A DNA stretch of 15,890 bases from a virus (lineage: Duplodnaviria; Heunggongvirae; Uroviricota; Caudoviricetes), in IMG/VR virus record IMGVR_UViG_2681813004_000014, positions 1-15,890 of that record; one strand, given 5' to 3'. This document shows, one piece after another, positions 15,865-15,890 of this stretch. The translations under genes and the position numbers were made by a program. The notes beneath the pieces were generated by a model. It ran no database searches. It was not told where the DNA came from and was given only the letters and a program-made list of their open reading frames with translations. Position 1 is the stretch's first letter. Each line of letters begins with the position of its first letter.

Positions 15865-15890
15865 TGTATGATGGTGTTTTTGAGGTGCTC
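15839..15890 (+). mobile_element. IS1 terminal inverted repeat and adjacent sequence (partial, runs off window)
   Basis: ggtaatgctgccaacttactgatttagtgtatgatggtgtttttgaggtgctc matches the IS1 end as I recall it, with one variant base. Confidence 0.85.

Overview
Enterobacterial (Escherichia/Shigella-like) chromosome carrying most of an integrated satellite/PICI-like island with a P4-type integrase, abutting rcnR and an IS1-disrupted rcnA. All island genes except one are on the minus strand. From right to left: integrase, a low-GC cargo gene, alpA, a divergent regulatory switch with a ribbon-helix-helix gene, an early operon of small ORFs ending in a P-loop replication protein with an iteron-type origin, SSB, a PerC-like regulator, then a head-morphogenesis module (major capsid, prohead protease, portal, head closure, gp6-like connector, HNH endonuclease) running off the left edge. 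No tail genes are seen in the window, which fits a capsid-forming satellite but cannot be proven from a partial element. The island contains three separate tandem duplications: a ~2.2 kb mosaic duplication of portal, protease and the capsid 3' end; a 136 bp duplication that frameshifts the SSB C-terminus; and a perfect 102 bp in-frame duplication in an early gene. The best candidate for an undescribed function is the low-GC 239 aa gene between int and alpA. All family assignments come from reading motifs in the translations; no database search or HMM was run.
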